Shown here piece after piece: positions 1 to 7,962 of a stretch of DNA of 20,223 bases. This DNA is from Candidatus Eiseniibacteriota bacterium (GTDB lineage Bacteria; Eisenbacteria; RBG-16-71-46). Each line of letters opens with the position of its first letter. The first letter of the stretch is position 1. The notes beneath the pieces are model-generated. The model did no database searches. It had not been told where the DNA came from and was given only the letters and a program-made list of their open reading frames with translations. The DNA lies in NCBI GenBank assembly GCA_031364845.1, contig JANLWX010000230.1:1-20223 (forward strand), read 5' to 3'. The position numbers were made by a program, and so were the translations under genes.

Positions 1-112
1 CGGTCGCTCAGGGACACTGCCGCGAGGGAGGCAGCCAGGGATGGCTGCCGACCGATGGCGGCGGAGCAAGCGCGACAGGATGTCGCGCGCCGCGGGTGTC
101 CCAGAGCGACCG
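1..112. repeat. Branched palindromic intergenic element (REP/MITE-like); may extend past the left edge
   Basis: 1-17 (cggtcgctcagggacac) is the reverse complement of 96-112 at 16/17 positions, and ccgcg 20-24 pairs with cgcgg 91-95. The stem encloses two perfect 8-bp hairpins: ggcagcca-ggga-tggctgcc (30-49) and gcgcgaca-gga-tgtcgcgc (70-88). Confidence 0.7.
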
Positions 113-156
113 CCCGAGACGAACCCCTTCGCGGCCCGAGACGAAACCCTTCGCGG
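113..156. repeat. Tandem 22-bp direct repeat, two copies
   Basis: cccgagacgaaccccttcgcgg (113-134) and cccgagacgaaacccttcgcgg (135-156) match at 21/22 positions; each contains a cgaa-N4-ttcg mini-hairpin. Confidence 0.8.
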
Positions 157-183
157 GGAGGCAGCGCAAGACTCAGCGGTCGA

Positions 184-1245
184 TCAATCCCGCGGGATCG
201 GCAGGCCGGACTCTTCCAGCGCTGCGACGGCGTCGAGTTCCGGATCGGCTGCGTCGCCACGCTGGAACTGCCAGGCGCCGACGAGCGCGATCATCGCGGC
301 GTTGTCGGCGCACAGACGGGGCGTCGGAATCCGAAGCGCGATGCCGCGTGCTTCGCATTCGACGGCCAGGCGGCGGCGCAGTTCGCGGTTGCAGGCCACG
401 CCGCCGCCGAGATTGAGCGCGCGAGCGCCGGTGGCTTCGATCGCGCGCATCGACTTCACCGCGAGCGTGTCGACCACGGCGGCCTGGAACGATGCTGCCA
501 GATCGTCGATCACCGAGACCGCGTACGGCGGCTCTCCGTGGCGGCGCAGCGCGGTTGCGACCGCGGTCTTGAGACCCGAGTACGAGAAGTCGAGACCGGG
601 GCGATCCAGCATCGGACGGGGCAGATCGAATGCATCGGGGCGGCCATCGGAGGAGCGACGGTCGATTTCGGGGCCTCCCGGAAAGCCGAGGCCGAGCAGC
701 TTGGCCACCTTGTCGTAGGCCTCGCCGGCCGCGTCGTCGCGGGTGCTGCCGAGCCAGCGGTAGTCGCCGAAGCCCCGAACCTCGACCAGCTCCGTGTGCC
801 CGCCCGAGACCACGAGCGCCACCGCGGGATACGGACTCGGTCCGTGCTCGAGCGACGAGGAGTGCAGGTGCGCTTCGATGTGATTCACGCCGGTCACCGG
901 GATTCCGAGGGCGAGGCCATACGCCTTCGCGAACGCCACGCCCACGACCAGCGATCCCACGAGCCCGGGCGCGCGGGTCACGGCGATCCCAGTCAGCTCG
1001 GAGGCCTCGATCTTCGCTTCGTGCAACGCGCGCTCGACCAGCGTGGGAAGCAGCTCGAGATGCGCGCGCGAAGCAAGTTCGGGAACCACGCCGCCGTAGA
1101 GCCGATGATCCTGGGCGGCGATCAGATGGGACCGCAACGTGGTTCCCGCTTCGAGCACTGCGACCGACGTGTCGTCGCACGAGGTCTCGATGCCGAGCAC
1201 GAGCCGCGCGGCATCCGTGGTCGTACCGGCCGCGCGTCCGCTCAT
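184..1245 (-). CDS. tsaD: tRNA N6-adenosine threonylcarbamoyltransferase TsaD (Kae1/YgjD family)
   Basis: Hallmark motifs LGIETSCDDT, YGGVVPELASRAH, PGLVGSL, NHIEAH, VSGGHT, DDAAGEAYDKVAK, DFSYSGLKT, GGVACN, DNAAMIA. Start trimmed to ATG 1245, which overlaps the cutA stop (ATGA). Confidence 0.97.
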   Translation of the reverse strand: MSGRAAGTTTDAARLVLGIETSCDDTSVAVLEAGTTLRSHLIAAQDHRLYGGVVPELASRAHLELLPTLVERALHEAKIEASELTGIAVTRAPGLVGSLVVGVAFAKAYGLALGIPVTGVNHIEAHLHSSSLEHGPSPYPAVALVVSGGHTELVEVRGFGDYRWLGSTRDDAAGEAYDKVAKLLGLGFPGGPEIDRRSSDGRPDAFDLPRPMLDRPGLDFSYSGLKTAVATALRRHGEPPYAVSVIDDLAASFQAAVVDTLAVKSMRAIEATGARALNLGGGVACNRELRRRLAVECEARGIALRIPTPRLCADNAAMIALVGAWQFQRGDAADPELDAVAALEESGLPIPRD

Positions 1246-1571
1246 GTTTCCTCCGGCGAGAGCGCTTGATCGAGCCACTCCATGTAGCGCGGCGAGCCGG
1301 CCGCGACGCGCACGGCGATGCACTCCGGAACGTCGTACGGATGCAGTTCGTGCAAACGGGACACGAGCACCGTCCAGTCCTGCTTGCGTGTCTTCATGAG
1401 CACGACAACTTCACGCTCGTCGGCGATTCCATCCTTCCACCGATAGATCGAACGTGCTCCCGGCATCAGGTTTCCGCACGCGATCAGCCGCTCGTCGACG
1501 AGGGCGCGCACCACGCGCGCGGCATCCTCTTCGTTCGCAAAGGTGCTGAACACGAGCAGCGTGTCGGTCAC
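1242..1571 (-). CDS. cutA: Divalent-cation tolerance protein CutA
   Basis: 109 aa with LVDERLIACGN, SIYRWKDGI, E-x5-KT and LHPYDVPECI motifs; GTG start at 1571 preceded by GGAGG. Confidence 0.93.
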   Translation of the reverse strand: MTDTLLVFSTFANEEDAARVVRALVDERLIACGNLMPGARSIYRWKDGIADEREVVVLMKTRKQDWTVLVSRLHELHPYDVPECIAVRVAAGSPRYMEWLDQALSPEET

Positions 1572-1625
1572 GGGTCCTCCGGAGATCGAGGCGTTCGCCG
1601 CGCGACGGGCGGGCGCGGGCGCCGG

Positions 1626-1635
1626 AGTGTAGCAT
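1626..1635. promoter_or_regulatory. Possible overlapping divergent -10 elements
   Basis: Minus strand reads TGcTACACT (extended -10-like, 1634 to 1626) towards cutA; plus strand reads TAGCAT (1630-1635) 7 nt before the GTG at 1643. Pattern match only. Confidence 0.3.
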
Positions 1636-1642
1636 TCCACAC

Positions 1643-3319
1643 GTGATCCCATTCCTTCATGCGGGCAGCCTGATCGGGGTATGGACCGTGTCGCTCGTTC
1701 TCGGGGCTGCCGCCGTTCCGGCGTCGCGTTCGCCGGAGCCCGCCGCCGCTCACGCGCGGCACCTGCCGCCGATCGTGTTCGTCGCACGCGTACCGGCGGC
1801 GGAGCCCGGCGTGGTTCCAGGGCTCGGGCCGCATCATCGCTCGCTCGTCACCGGCGGACGGTTGCTGCTGCGCGCGCCCGATGGCGCGATCCGGCCGCTG
1901 TTGCCCGACGGCGCGTTCCACGATGTCGCCGATCCCGCGATTTCGAACGACGGGCGTCGTGTCGCGTTCGCGGGCACCGTGCATCGCGACAGCGCGTGGC
2001 GGATCTGGACCGTCGGCATCGATGGCGGCGATCTCATGCGCCTCACGTCCGCCGAGCGCGGCTTCGACCTGCCGGATGCGCCGCGGGTTCCCCGCGCGTT
2101 CCAGCGCTTCGATGACACCGATCCCTGCTGGGTCGGCGAACGACTGCTGTGTTTTGCGAGCACGCGATTCCCTCAGCGGTCGCCGTATGCGGGAATTGCG
2201 GTCGCCAATCTGTACCTGATCCGCGACGACGGCACAGCACTACGCCGCATCACCGCCGAGCGCAACGGCGCCGAGTCCCCGGCGTTCGATCCGCGTTCGG
2301 GGCGCATCGTCTACGGGCGCTGGTGGTTCAATCCGTGGCTCGCGGCGGCCGTGCCGGGCGGAATTTCGTCCGATCCTCTCGGGGCGTTGCCGCGTGATTC
2401 GATCAACGTGTGGCAGCTCGTCGAGATCACGCCGGGCGCTCACGGACCGCGGCTCGCGGCGGGCTCGGCCGCTTCGCGCCGCGATGCGATGGGCGTCGAA
2501 CCGGCGATTGCGCGCGACGGATCGATGTTCGCGACGTATGCGCTCAACCTCGGCCTCTCACCGAGACCCGGCCCGGTCGGCGTGCACCGCATGATGGCCC
2601 GCAGCACGCGCCGCATCGCGGGAGCGATCGTTCCCGAGCGGGCGCGCGACGCGTATCAGGGCACGCAGGGCCTCGCGGCGCCGCTGGCATGCGCCCCCGC
2701 CGTGCTGCCCGACGGTCGCGTGCTCATGTCTTACGCGCCCGGCGGGCGCGGCGATTTCGGCCTCTGGATCGCGAGCGCCAACGGGCGCGAGTTGACGCCG
2801 CTACTCGATCTGCCGGGAACGCATGAACTCGATGCGGCACCCGTGGTTCGCCGCGCACGCGGGCCGTCGGGCTGGGACGCGGATCGAGGCATCGATGCCG
2901 CCGCCGAGCGCGCGCTGATGCGCGGTACCATCTCCGACCCCGCGCTCGGCACTTTTACGTTCGCGTGCGACGACGTGTTCGCAAACGGCGGCCTGGCGGG
3001 CGCGCCCGCGCGGGTCGCAGGCGCGCGGCTGCGATTCTTCGCCGCGCTGCCGCGCATCGACCGCGCGAGCGGCGACACGGTGATCGCGGTGCGCGAGGCC
3101 GCGGTGTCGGCGGGAGGTGCTGTGCGCATCGCAGGACTTCCGGCGAACGTGCCGATGTTCGAGCAATTGGTCGACGCGAAAGGCGCGGTGATGATCACAG
3201 CACACGGACCGGCGCACGTCCCGGGCATGAACGCGGGCTCGCCGGGCACGGTGACGCGCTGCCTCGGTTGCCACACCGGCCACTCGCGGATCGTCGTGCC
3301 GGGCATGGCCCGGCGCTGA
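1643..3319 (+). CDS. Exported TolB/PD40-like beta-propeller protein with a hydrazine-synthase-alpha-middle-domain-like C-terminus and one CxxCH motif
   Basis: Hydrophobic N-terminus; PD40-like repeats (DVADPAISNDGRRVAFAG, FDDTDPCW...FASTR, ESPAFDPRSGRIVYGRW, PAVLPDGRVLMSY); C-terminal PANVPMFEQLVD...PGTVTRCLGCH, with CLGCH at 3260-3274. Confidence 0.72.
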   Translation: MIPFLHAGSLIGVWTVSLVLGAAAVPASRSPEPAAAHARHLPPIVFVARVPAAEPGVVPGLGPHHRSLVTGGRLLLRAPDGAIRPLLPDGAFHDVADPAISNDGRRVAFAGTVHRDSAWRIWTVGIDGGDLMRLTSAERGFDLPDAPRVPRAFQRFDDTDPCWVGERLLCFASTRFPQRSPYAGIAVANLYLIRDDGTALRRITAERNGAESPAFDPRSGRIVYGRWWFNPWLAAAVPGGISSDPLGALPRDSINVWQLVEITPGAHGPRLAAGSAASRRDAMGVEPAIARDGSMFATYALNLGLSPRPGPVGVHRMMARSTRRIAGAIVPERARDAYQGTQGLAAPLACAPAVLPDGRVLMSYAPGGRGDFGLWIASANGRELTPLLDLPGTHELDAAPVVRRARGPSGWDADRGIDAAAERALMRGTISDPALGTFTFACDDVFANGGLAGAPARVAGARLRFFAALPRIDRASGDTVIAVREAAVSAGGAVRIAGLPANVPMFEQLVDAKGAVMITAHGPAHVPGMNAGSPGTVTRCLGCHTGHSRIVVPGMARR

Positions 3320-3360
3320 GTTTCGCGCCGACTTGCGATCGCGCGCCCGGCTGAGCGAAC

Positions 3361-4167
3361 GTGACCGCCATGCACACCACTCGCGAGTTGTTTCCGCGCA
3401 CCCTCGAGCGCATCGAGGCTTGGAAGTCCGATCCCGAAGTGCTCGGCGTCGTGTGGATCGGCTCGAAGAGCCGCGGTCACGGCGACGCCGCCTCCGACGA
3501 CGACATCGAAGTGCTGCTCACCGATGAAGCCGCCGCGCGGCTCGCGCCCGCCGAGTGCAGAGACGCGCTGATCGAAGGCGAAGGCGATGCGCGCGTCATT
3601 GTCTACGACGCGCAATTGCTTGCCTTGTCGACGCTCGAGGCCAAGGCGCACTCGTCCATCGATCTCGACCGCTGGCCGTACGAGCGCGCGCCGGTTTTGT
3701 TCGACCGCGACGGCAGAACCGCGCGCGCGGTCGCGGCGGCCGGCCGCATGGACGACGGCTTCCGTCGCGCGCGCCTGCGCCACGGCGTGCTCGACGCGTG
3801 GGTCGCCGCGCGGCGCGGCGTGAAGACCCAGCGTCGGGGCTGGCCGGTCGCGGTGCGCGCGCTGACAGCCCGCGGGGCGCATGCGCTCGCGCGCATCGTG
3901 TTCGCGCTCGAGCATCGCTGGGTGCCGCTCGACCACTGGCTCGACGCCGAACTCGCGACGCTCGACGATCCGGCCGGCGCGGGACCGCTGCTGTGCCAGG
4001 CGCTGCTCGAAGGCGCGCCGGAACCGATCATGACCGCGCTCGGACGTCTGTCCGAAGCGCTCGCGGCCGAGGGCGTGCCGGTGAATCGCGAGGCGATTCT
4101 CGATCTGTTCATGAACGCGATCCATCCGTCGAACGCGGCCGAACGCGCGATCCACGGACTGCCCTGA
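3361..4167 (+). CDS. Pol-beta-superfamily nucleotidyltransferase with helical C-terminal domain
   Basis: VLGVVWIGSKSRGHGDAASDDDIEV matches the hG[GS]-x-DxD NTase signature. The start may be GTG 3361 or ATG 3370. Substrate unknown. Confidence 0.75.
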   Translation: MTAMHTTRELFPRTLERIEAWKSDPEVLGVVWIGSKSRGHGDAASDDDIEVLLTDEAAARLAPAECRDALIEGEGDARVIVYDAQLLALSTLEAKAHSSIDLDRWPYERAPVLFDRDGRTARAVAAAGRMDDGFRRARLRHGVLDAWVAARRGVKTQRRGWPVAVRALTARGAHALARIVFALEHRWVPLDHWLDAELATLDDPAGAGPLLCQALLEGAPEPIMTALGRLSEALAAEGVPVNREAILDLFMNAIHPSNAAERAIHGLP

Positions 4168-4321
4168 AACGCCGCGTCGCGCGCATGGCCCGCCCGGCCG
4201 CGAGCCTACGCGCGTGGCTGTGTACATGCTTCGACCCGGAACGGCCCCCTCCACGCGGGCATGCTTCGGCGCCGCCGCGCAACACGCGCGACGGCGCCGT
4301 TTCATCCACGACCCACAGAGC

Positions 4322-4888
4322 CTACTTCGACTCGGCCTTCTTCTTCTGCTCGGCTTCCATCGCCGCGGTCCACGGCGGCGTCACGCCGCTCATGCGCGCG
4401 TAAGCGATCGACTGGCCGAGGTGTTCGTGGCCGTGATTCACCGCCACGAGATACAGGTTGCGCACCGACATCTCGCCGAGAAACGTCTTCACGGTGTTGT
4501 CGAGATCGGCGTCGGGCGTGTCCTCGATCGCCTTCTTCACGTGCGCGAACGAATTCTTGAGCGCCTCGACGACCTTGGCCTTTTCGGTGACGGTCTTCTC
4601 CATCTCGGGCGACAGGCCCTCGGGCGCCTTCACTCCGGCGAACGACGGCAGGATGAAATTGGCGCCCGCCATGTGCATGTACACCTCGCTCACCGAGCGC
4701 ACGCCCTTGCCGGGCCGCCACGAGAACTTCTTGTCGGGCGTCGCCTCGGCGAGGCTCACGGCCTTCTCCTCGACGTCGGCGATCGACTTGATGTACTCGC
4801 CGCGAATGCCGGCCGTATCGGCGTGGGTGGACGACATCGTAGCGACGACGCCCATGATCGCGGCAACCAGAACGCGATTCCATTTCAT
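4322..4888 (-). CDS. Exported DinB/YfiT-family protein
   Basis: ATG 4888 after AAGGAGA; signal peptide MKWNRVLVAAIMGVVATMSSTHA; DinB motifs WRPGKGVRSVSEVYMH and NHGHEHLGQSIAYARMSGVTPPW supply the His triad. Confidence 0.88.
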   Translation of the reverse strand: MKWNRVLVAAIMGVVATMSSTHADTAGIRGEYIKSIADVEEKAVSLAEATPDKKFSWRPGKGVRSVSEVYMHMAGANFILPSFAGVKAPEGLSPEMEKTVTEKAKVVEALKNSFAHVKKAIEDTPDADLDNTVKTFLGEMSVRNLYLVAVNHGHEHLGQSIAYARMSGVTPPWTAAMEAEQKKKAESK

Positions 4889-4957
4889 CGGAACATCTCC
4901 TTGGGTGGGGTGAGTGGGAGCCACGCGTTGCAGGCGGCCGCGGCACCAAGGCACCAC

Positions 4958-4987
4958 TTTACATCACTCGAAGGCGCTGCCTATAGT
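4958..4987 (+). promoter_or_regulatory. Putative sigma70-type promoter for lemA and downstream genes
   Basis: TTTACA (4958-4963), 18-nt spacer, TATAGT (4982-4987); an AT-rich match in a GC-rich divergent intergenic region. Confidence 0.45.
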
Positions 4988-5100
4988 CCGCGCGCCCGGG
5001 AGCATTTCACGCGCTGCGAATCCGCGATCACGCCGCGCGCGCCACACCGCGGACAACCGTTCGCGCGAACTCGGGCGCCATTCGCGGGGGGGCTCGTGCC

Positions 5101-5661
5101 ATGCTGATCTTCGTTGTGGCGCTCGCGATTCTGATCCTGTTCGTGATCGGCATCTACAACGGTCTCGTCGGACTCAAGGTGCGCGCGGACAACGCGTGGT
5201 CGGACATCGACGTCCAGCTCAAGCGTCGCCACGAGCTGATTCCGAACCTGGTCGAGACCGTGAAGGGCTACGCCGGCCATGAACGTCAGACGCTCGAAGC
5301 CGTGATCGAGGCGCGTAATCGCGCGGCCAGCGCTCAGGGACCCGCTGCGCAGGCGGTCGCCGAAGGCCAGCTCACCGGCGCGCTGCGCCAGTTGTTCGCG
5401 CTCGCCGAGGCCTACCCGCAGCTGCGCGCGGTCGAGAGCTTCACCGCGCTGCAGGCGAGCCTCAGCCAGATCGAGGACGCGATCCAGAACGCGCGCCGCT
5501 ACTACAACGCGGTCGTGCGCGACCTCAACACGAAGATCGTGCAATTCCCCTCGAACCTCATCGCGGGCATGTTCGGCATCACGGAGCGGCAGTTCTTCCA
5601 GCTGGACGATGCCGCCGAGCGCACGGTGCCCAAGGTGAGCTTCGACGCGCCGAAGTCCTGA
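5101..5661 (+). CDS. lemA: LemA family protein
   Basis: N-terminal TM segment followed by YNGLV, AWSDIDVQLKRRHELIPNLVETVKGYAGHE, LAEAYPQLRA, ARRYYNAVV and FPSNLIA. Confidence 0.96.
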   Translation: MLIFVVALAILILFVIGIYNGLVGLKVRADNAWSDIDVQLKRRHELIPNLVETVKGYAGHERQTLEAVIEARNRAASAQGPAAQAVAEGQLTGALRQLFALAEAYPQLRAVESFTALQASLSQIEDAIQNARRYYNAVVRDLNTKIVQFPSNLIAGMFGITERQFFQLDDAAERTVPKVSFDAPKS

Positions 5662-5706
5662 GCCGGTTCTCCAGGACATGAAGACGCTGCCATTCGGAGT
5701 CGGCTC

Positions 5707-7461
5707 GTGAAACTCGCATCCGGCGTGGCGCGGTACTTCACGGGCATTGCGATGCTCGTGCTCGCGGTGCCGCTGGCGGCGTCTCTCGCCCCGGGGCCCG
5801 CGGACGCCCGCGAGTTCACGATCGAGCAGTTCGATGCCCGCATCGAAGTCGCCCAGAGCGGCTCGATCGAAGTGGTCGAGCACATCCGCTTCCGCTTCGA
5901 AGGGTCGTGGAACGGCATCATCCGGTCGATCCCGGTCGACTACCGCACGCCGCAAGGCTTCAACTACCACCTGCGGCTCGATCACGTCGCGGTCACCGAC
6001 GACGACGGCGCGCGGCTCAAGGTCGAATCGAAGCAGGCCCGCCACAACCGCGAGCTGAAGATCTGGGTTCCCGGCGCGAATGACGCAGTGCGCTCGATCA
6101 CGCTGCGGTATCGCGTCGGAAACGCGCTGCGCTTCTTCGACAACCACGACGAGCTGTACTGGAACGTGACCGGCGACGAGTGGGAAATGCCGATCGAAGG
6201 CGCGACCGCCGTGATCGTGCTGCCCGATCGTGCCGCCAATGTGCGCGCCACCGCGTTCAGCGGTGCCTATGGCTCGAAGACGCAGAATGCCGAAGTCACG
6301 ACCGAAGGCCGCGAGGTCCGCGTGTCGATGACGCGGCCCCTCGCCTTCCGCGAAGGCCTGACGGTGGTGGCCGGCTTCAGCAAGGGTGCCGTGCGCGAAC
6401 CCGGCGCGCTCGAGAATGCCGGCGGCTTTCTCGCCGCCAACCTTCCGCTGCTGGTCCCGGTGCTCGCGGCGCTTTTGATGTTCTCGGTGTGGAGCAAACG
6501 CGGCCGCGACCCCGCACCGCTTCCGATCAGCGTTCAGTACGAGCCGCCGGGCGGCCTCACTCCCGCCGAAGCGGGCACGCTGCTCGATCATCGCACCGAC
6601 ATGCGCGACGTGACCGCGACACTCGTGGATCTCGCGGTGAAGGGTTACATGACGATTCAGGAGGACGAGCATCCGGGCTTCCTCGGCCTCGGATCGAGCA
6701 CCGAGTACACCTTCACGCTGCGCAAGCCGGCCGCCGAGTGGACGGCGCTCGCGCCGCACGAGCGCGATGTCATGGCCGGCCTGTTCCAGGACGGCGTTCG
6801 CGGCACGGTGAAGCTGTCCGAGCTCAAGAACGAGTTCTACCGCGCGCTGGGCGGCATCCGCGACCATGTGTTCGAGGGCTTGAAGGAACGCGGCTACTAC
6901 GTGCACCGGCCGGATCACGTGCGCACCGGTTGGATGATCGCCGGCGGGATCATCGCGTTCCTCTCGGCCCACCTCGCCGCATTCGGAACCGCGATCCTGG
7001 GATTCCCGGCACCCACGTTGTTCATCGCGACGCTGCTCACCGGCCTCGTGATCGTCGCGTTCGGATGGTTCATGCCCGCGCGCACGCTCAAAGGCGCGCG
7101 CGCGTGGGAAGCCGTGCGCGGCTTTGAGGAATTCCTCGGCCGCGTCGAGAGCGACCGCATGGAACGCGTGATCCGCACGCCCGAGATGTTCGAGCGCCTG
7201 CTGCCGTTCGCGATGGCCTTCGGCGTCGAGGATCGCTGGTCGCGCGCGTTCGAAGGAATCCTGACCACGCCCCCGACCTGGTATGTCGGGCGCCCCGGCA
7301 CGTCGTTCCAGCCGTCGGTGTTCGGACACTCGCTCTCGCAGATGTCGACGAGTGCCGCGAGCACGCTCGCCTCGTCACCGCGCAGCTCCAGCGGGTCCGG
7401 ATTCGGAGGAAGCGGCAGCTCGGGCGGCGGCTTCGGCGGCGGCGGCGGACGCGGCTTCTGA
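5707..7461 (+). CDS. DUF2207-family (YciQ-like) membrane protein
   Basis: Signal peptide; GSIEVVEHI, DELYWNVTGDEW, PAEAGTLLD, ATLVDLAVKGY, FERLLPFAMAFGV and a terminal SSGSGFGGSGSSGGGFGGGGGRGF tail. The lemA-DUF2207 pairing is commonly seen. GTG start preceded by GGAG. Confidence 0.93.
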   Translation: MKLASGVARYFTGIAMLVLAVPLAASLAPGPADAREFTIEQFDARIEVAQSGSIEVVEHIRFRFEGSWNGIIRSIPVDYRTPQGFNYHLRLDHVAVTDDDGARLKVESKQARHNRELKIWVPGANDAVRSITLRYRVGNALRFFDNHDELYWNVTGDEWEMPIEGATAVIVLPDRAANVRATAFSGAYGSKTQNAEVTTEGREVRVSMTRPLAFREGLTVVAGFSKGAVREPGALENAGGFLAANLPLLVPVLAALLMFSVWSKRGRDPAPLPISVQYEPPGGLTPAEAGTLLDHRTDMRDVTATLVDLAVKGYMTIQEDEHPGFLGLGSSTEYTFTLRKPAAEWTALAPHERDVMAGLFQDGVRGTVKLSELKNEFYRALGGIRDHVFEGLKERGYYVHRPDHVRTGWMIAGGIIAFLSAHLAAFGTAILGFPAPTLFIATLLTGLVIVAFGWFMPARTLKGARAWEAVRGFEEFLGRVESDRMERVIRTPEMFERLLPFAMAFGVEDRWSRAFEGILTTPPTWYVGRPGTSFQPSVFGHSLSQMSTSAASTLASSPRSSSGSGFGGSGSSGGGFGGGGGRGF

Positions 7462-7502
7462 GCCGGTTGTCCCGGGGCGCCGACACGCATACCCTGCGGC
7501 GC

Positions 7503-7910
7503 ATGGCGTGCTTCCTGTTCAAGACCGAACCCTCGTCGTATGCGTTCGCCGATCTCGTGCGTGAGAAGCGCACGGTGTGGGAAGGCGTCGCGAATGCCGT
7601 CGCCCTCAAGCACCTGCGCACCGTCGCCAAGGGCGACACCGTGCTGATCTACCACACCGGTGACGAGAAGTCGGTGGTAGGCGTCGCCCGCGCGGCGTCG
7701 GATCCGTACCCCGATCCCAAGCTGGATGATCCGAAGCGCACGGTGGTGGATCTGGAACCCGTGCGCGCGCTGAAGCATCCGGTGGCACTCGCGACGTTCC
7801 GCACCGACAAGGTGCTCGCGACCACGGAACTGGTTCGGATCTCGCGGCTCTCCGTGATGCCGCTCACGGCGGAGCATCTGGCGCGCGTCGAGGAACTCGC
7901 CAAGGGCTGA
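7503..7910 (+). CDS. EVE domain-containing protein (PUA-like fold)
   Basis: FLFKTEPSSYAFADL, TVWEGVAN, GDTVLIYHTG, PYPDP and RISRLSVMP match EVE-domain motifs; start trimmed to ATG 7503. Confidence 0.9.
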   Translation: MACFLFKTEPSSYAFADLVREKRTVWEGVANAVALKHLRTVAKGDTVLIYHTGDEKSVVGVARAASDPYPDPKLDDPKRTVVDLEPVRALKHPVALATFRTDKVLATTELVRISRLSVMPLTAEHLARVEELAKG

Positions 7911-7962
7911 TGACGTACGTTCCACGGCCTCGAGCACACGCGTGCTGGCGGGATCGACGCGC

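Noticed and set aside
113..156. Possible CRISPR repeats
   Set aside because: Only two directly adjacent units, with no spacer and no cas genes in the window.
55..1269. 404-aa plus-strand ORF and other ORFs overlapping tsaD
   Set aside because: Antisense or alternate-frame shadows of the clearly identified tsaD.
1643..3319. Calling this hzsA or inferring anammox metabolism
   Set aside because: It lacks the C-terminal cytochrome domain, and no hzsB/hzsC or hydrazine dehydrogenase genes are in the window; only a distant architectural resemblance is supportable.
5678..5710. Mini-ORF MKTLPFGVGS whose stop overlaps the DUF2207 GTG start
   Set aside because: The DUF2207 gene has its own GGAG RBS, and a 10-codon ORF is easily produced by chance.
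4981..7329. 782-aa minus-strand ORF
   Set aside because: Antisense shadow of lemA and the DUF2207 gene, with no recognisable domain.
7503..7910. EVE protein as part of a modification-dependent restriction or defence system
   Set aside because: It is a stand-alone EVE domain with no fused or adjacent nuclease or ATPase.
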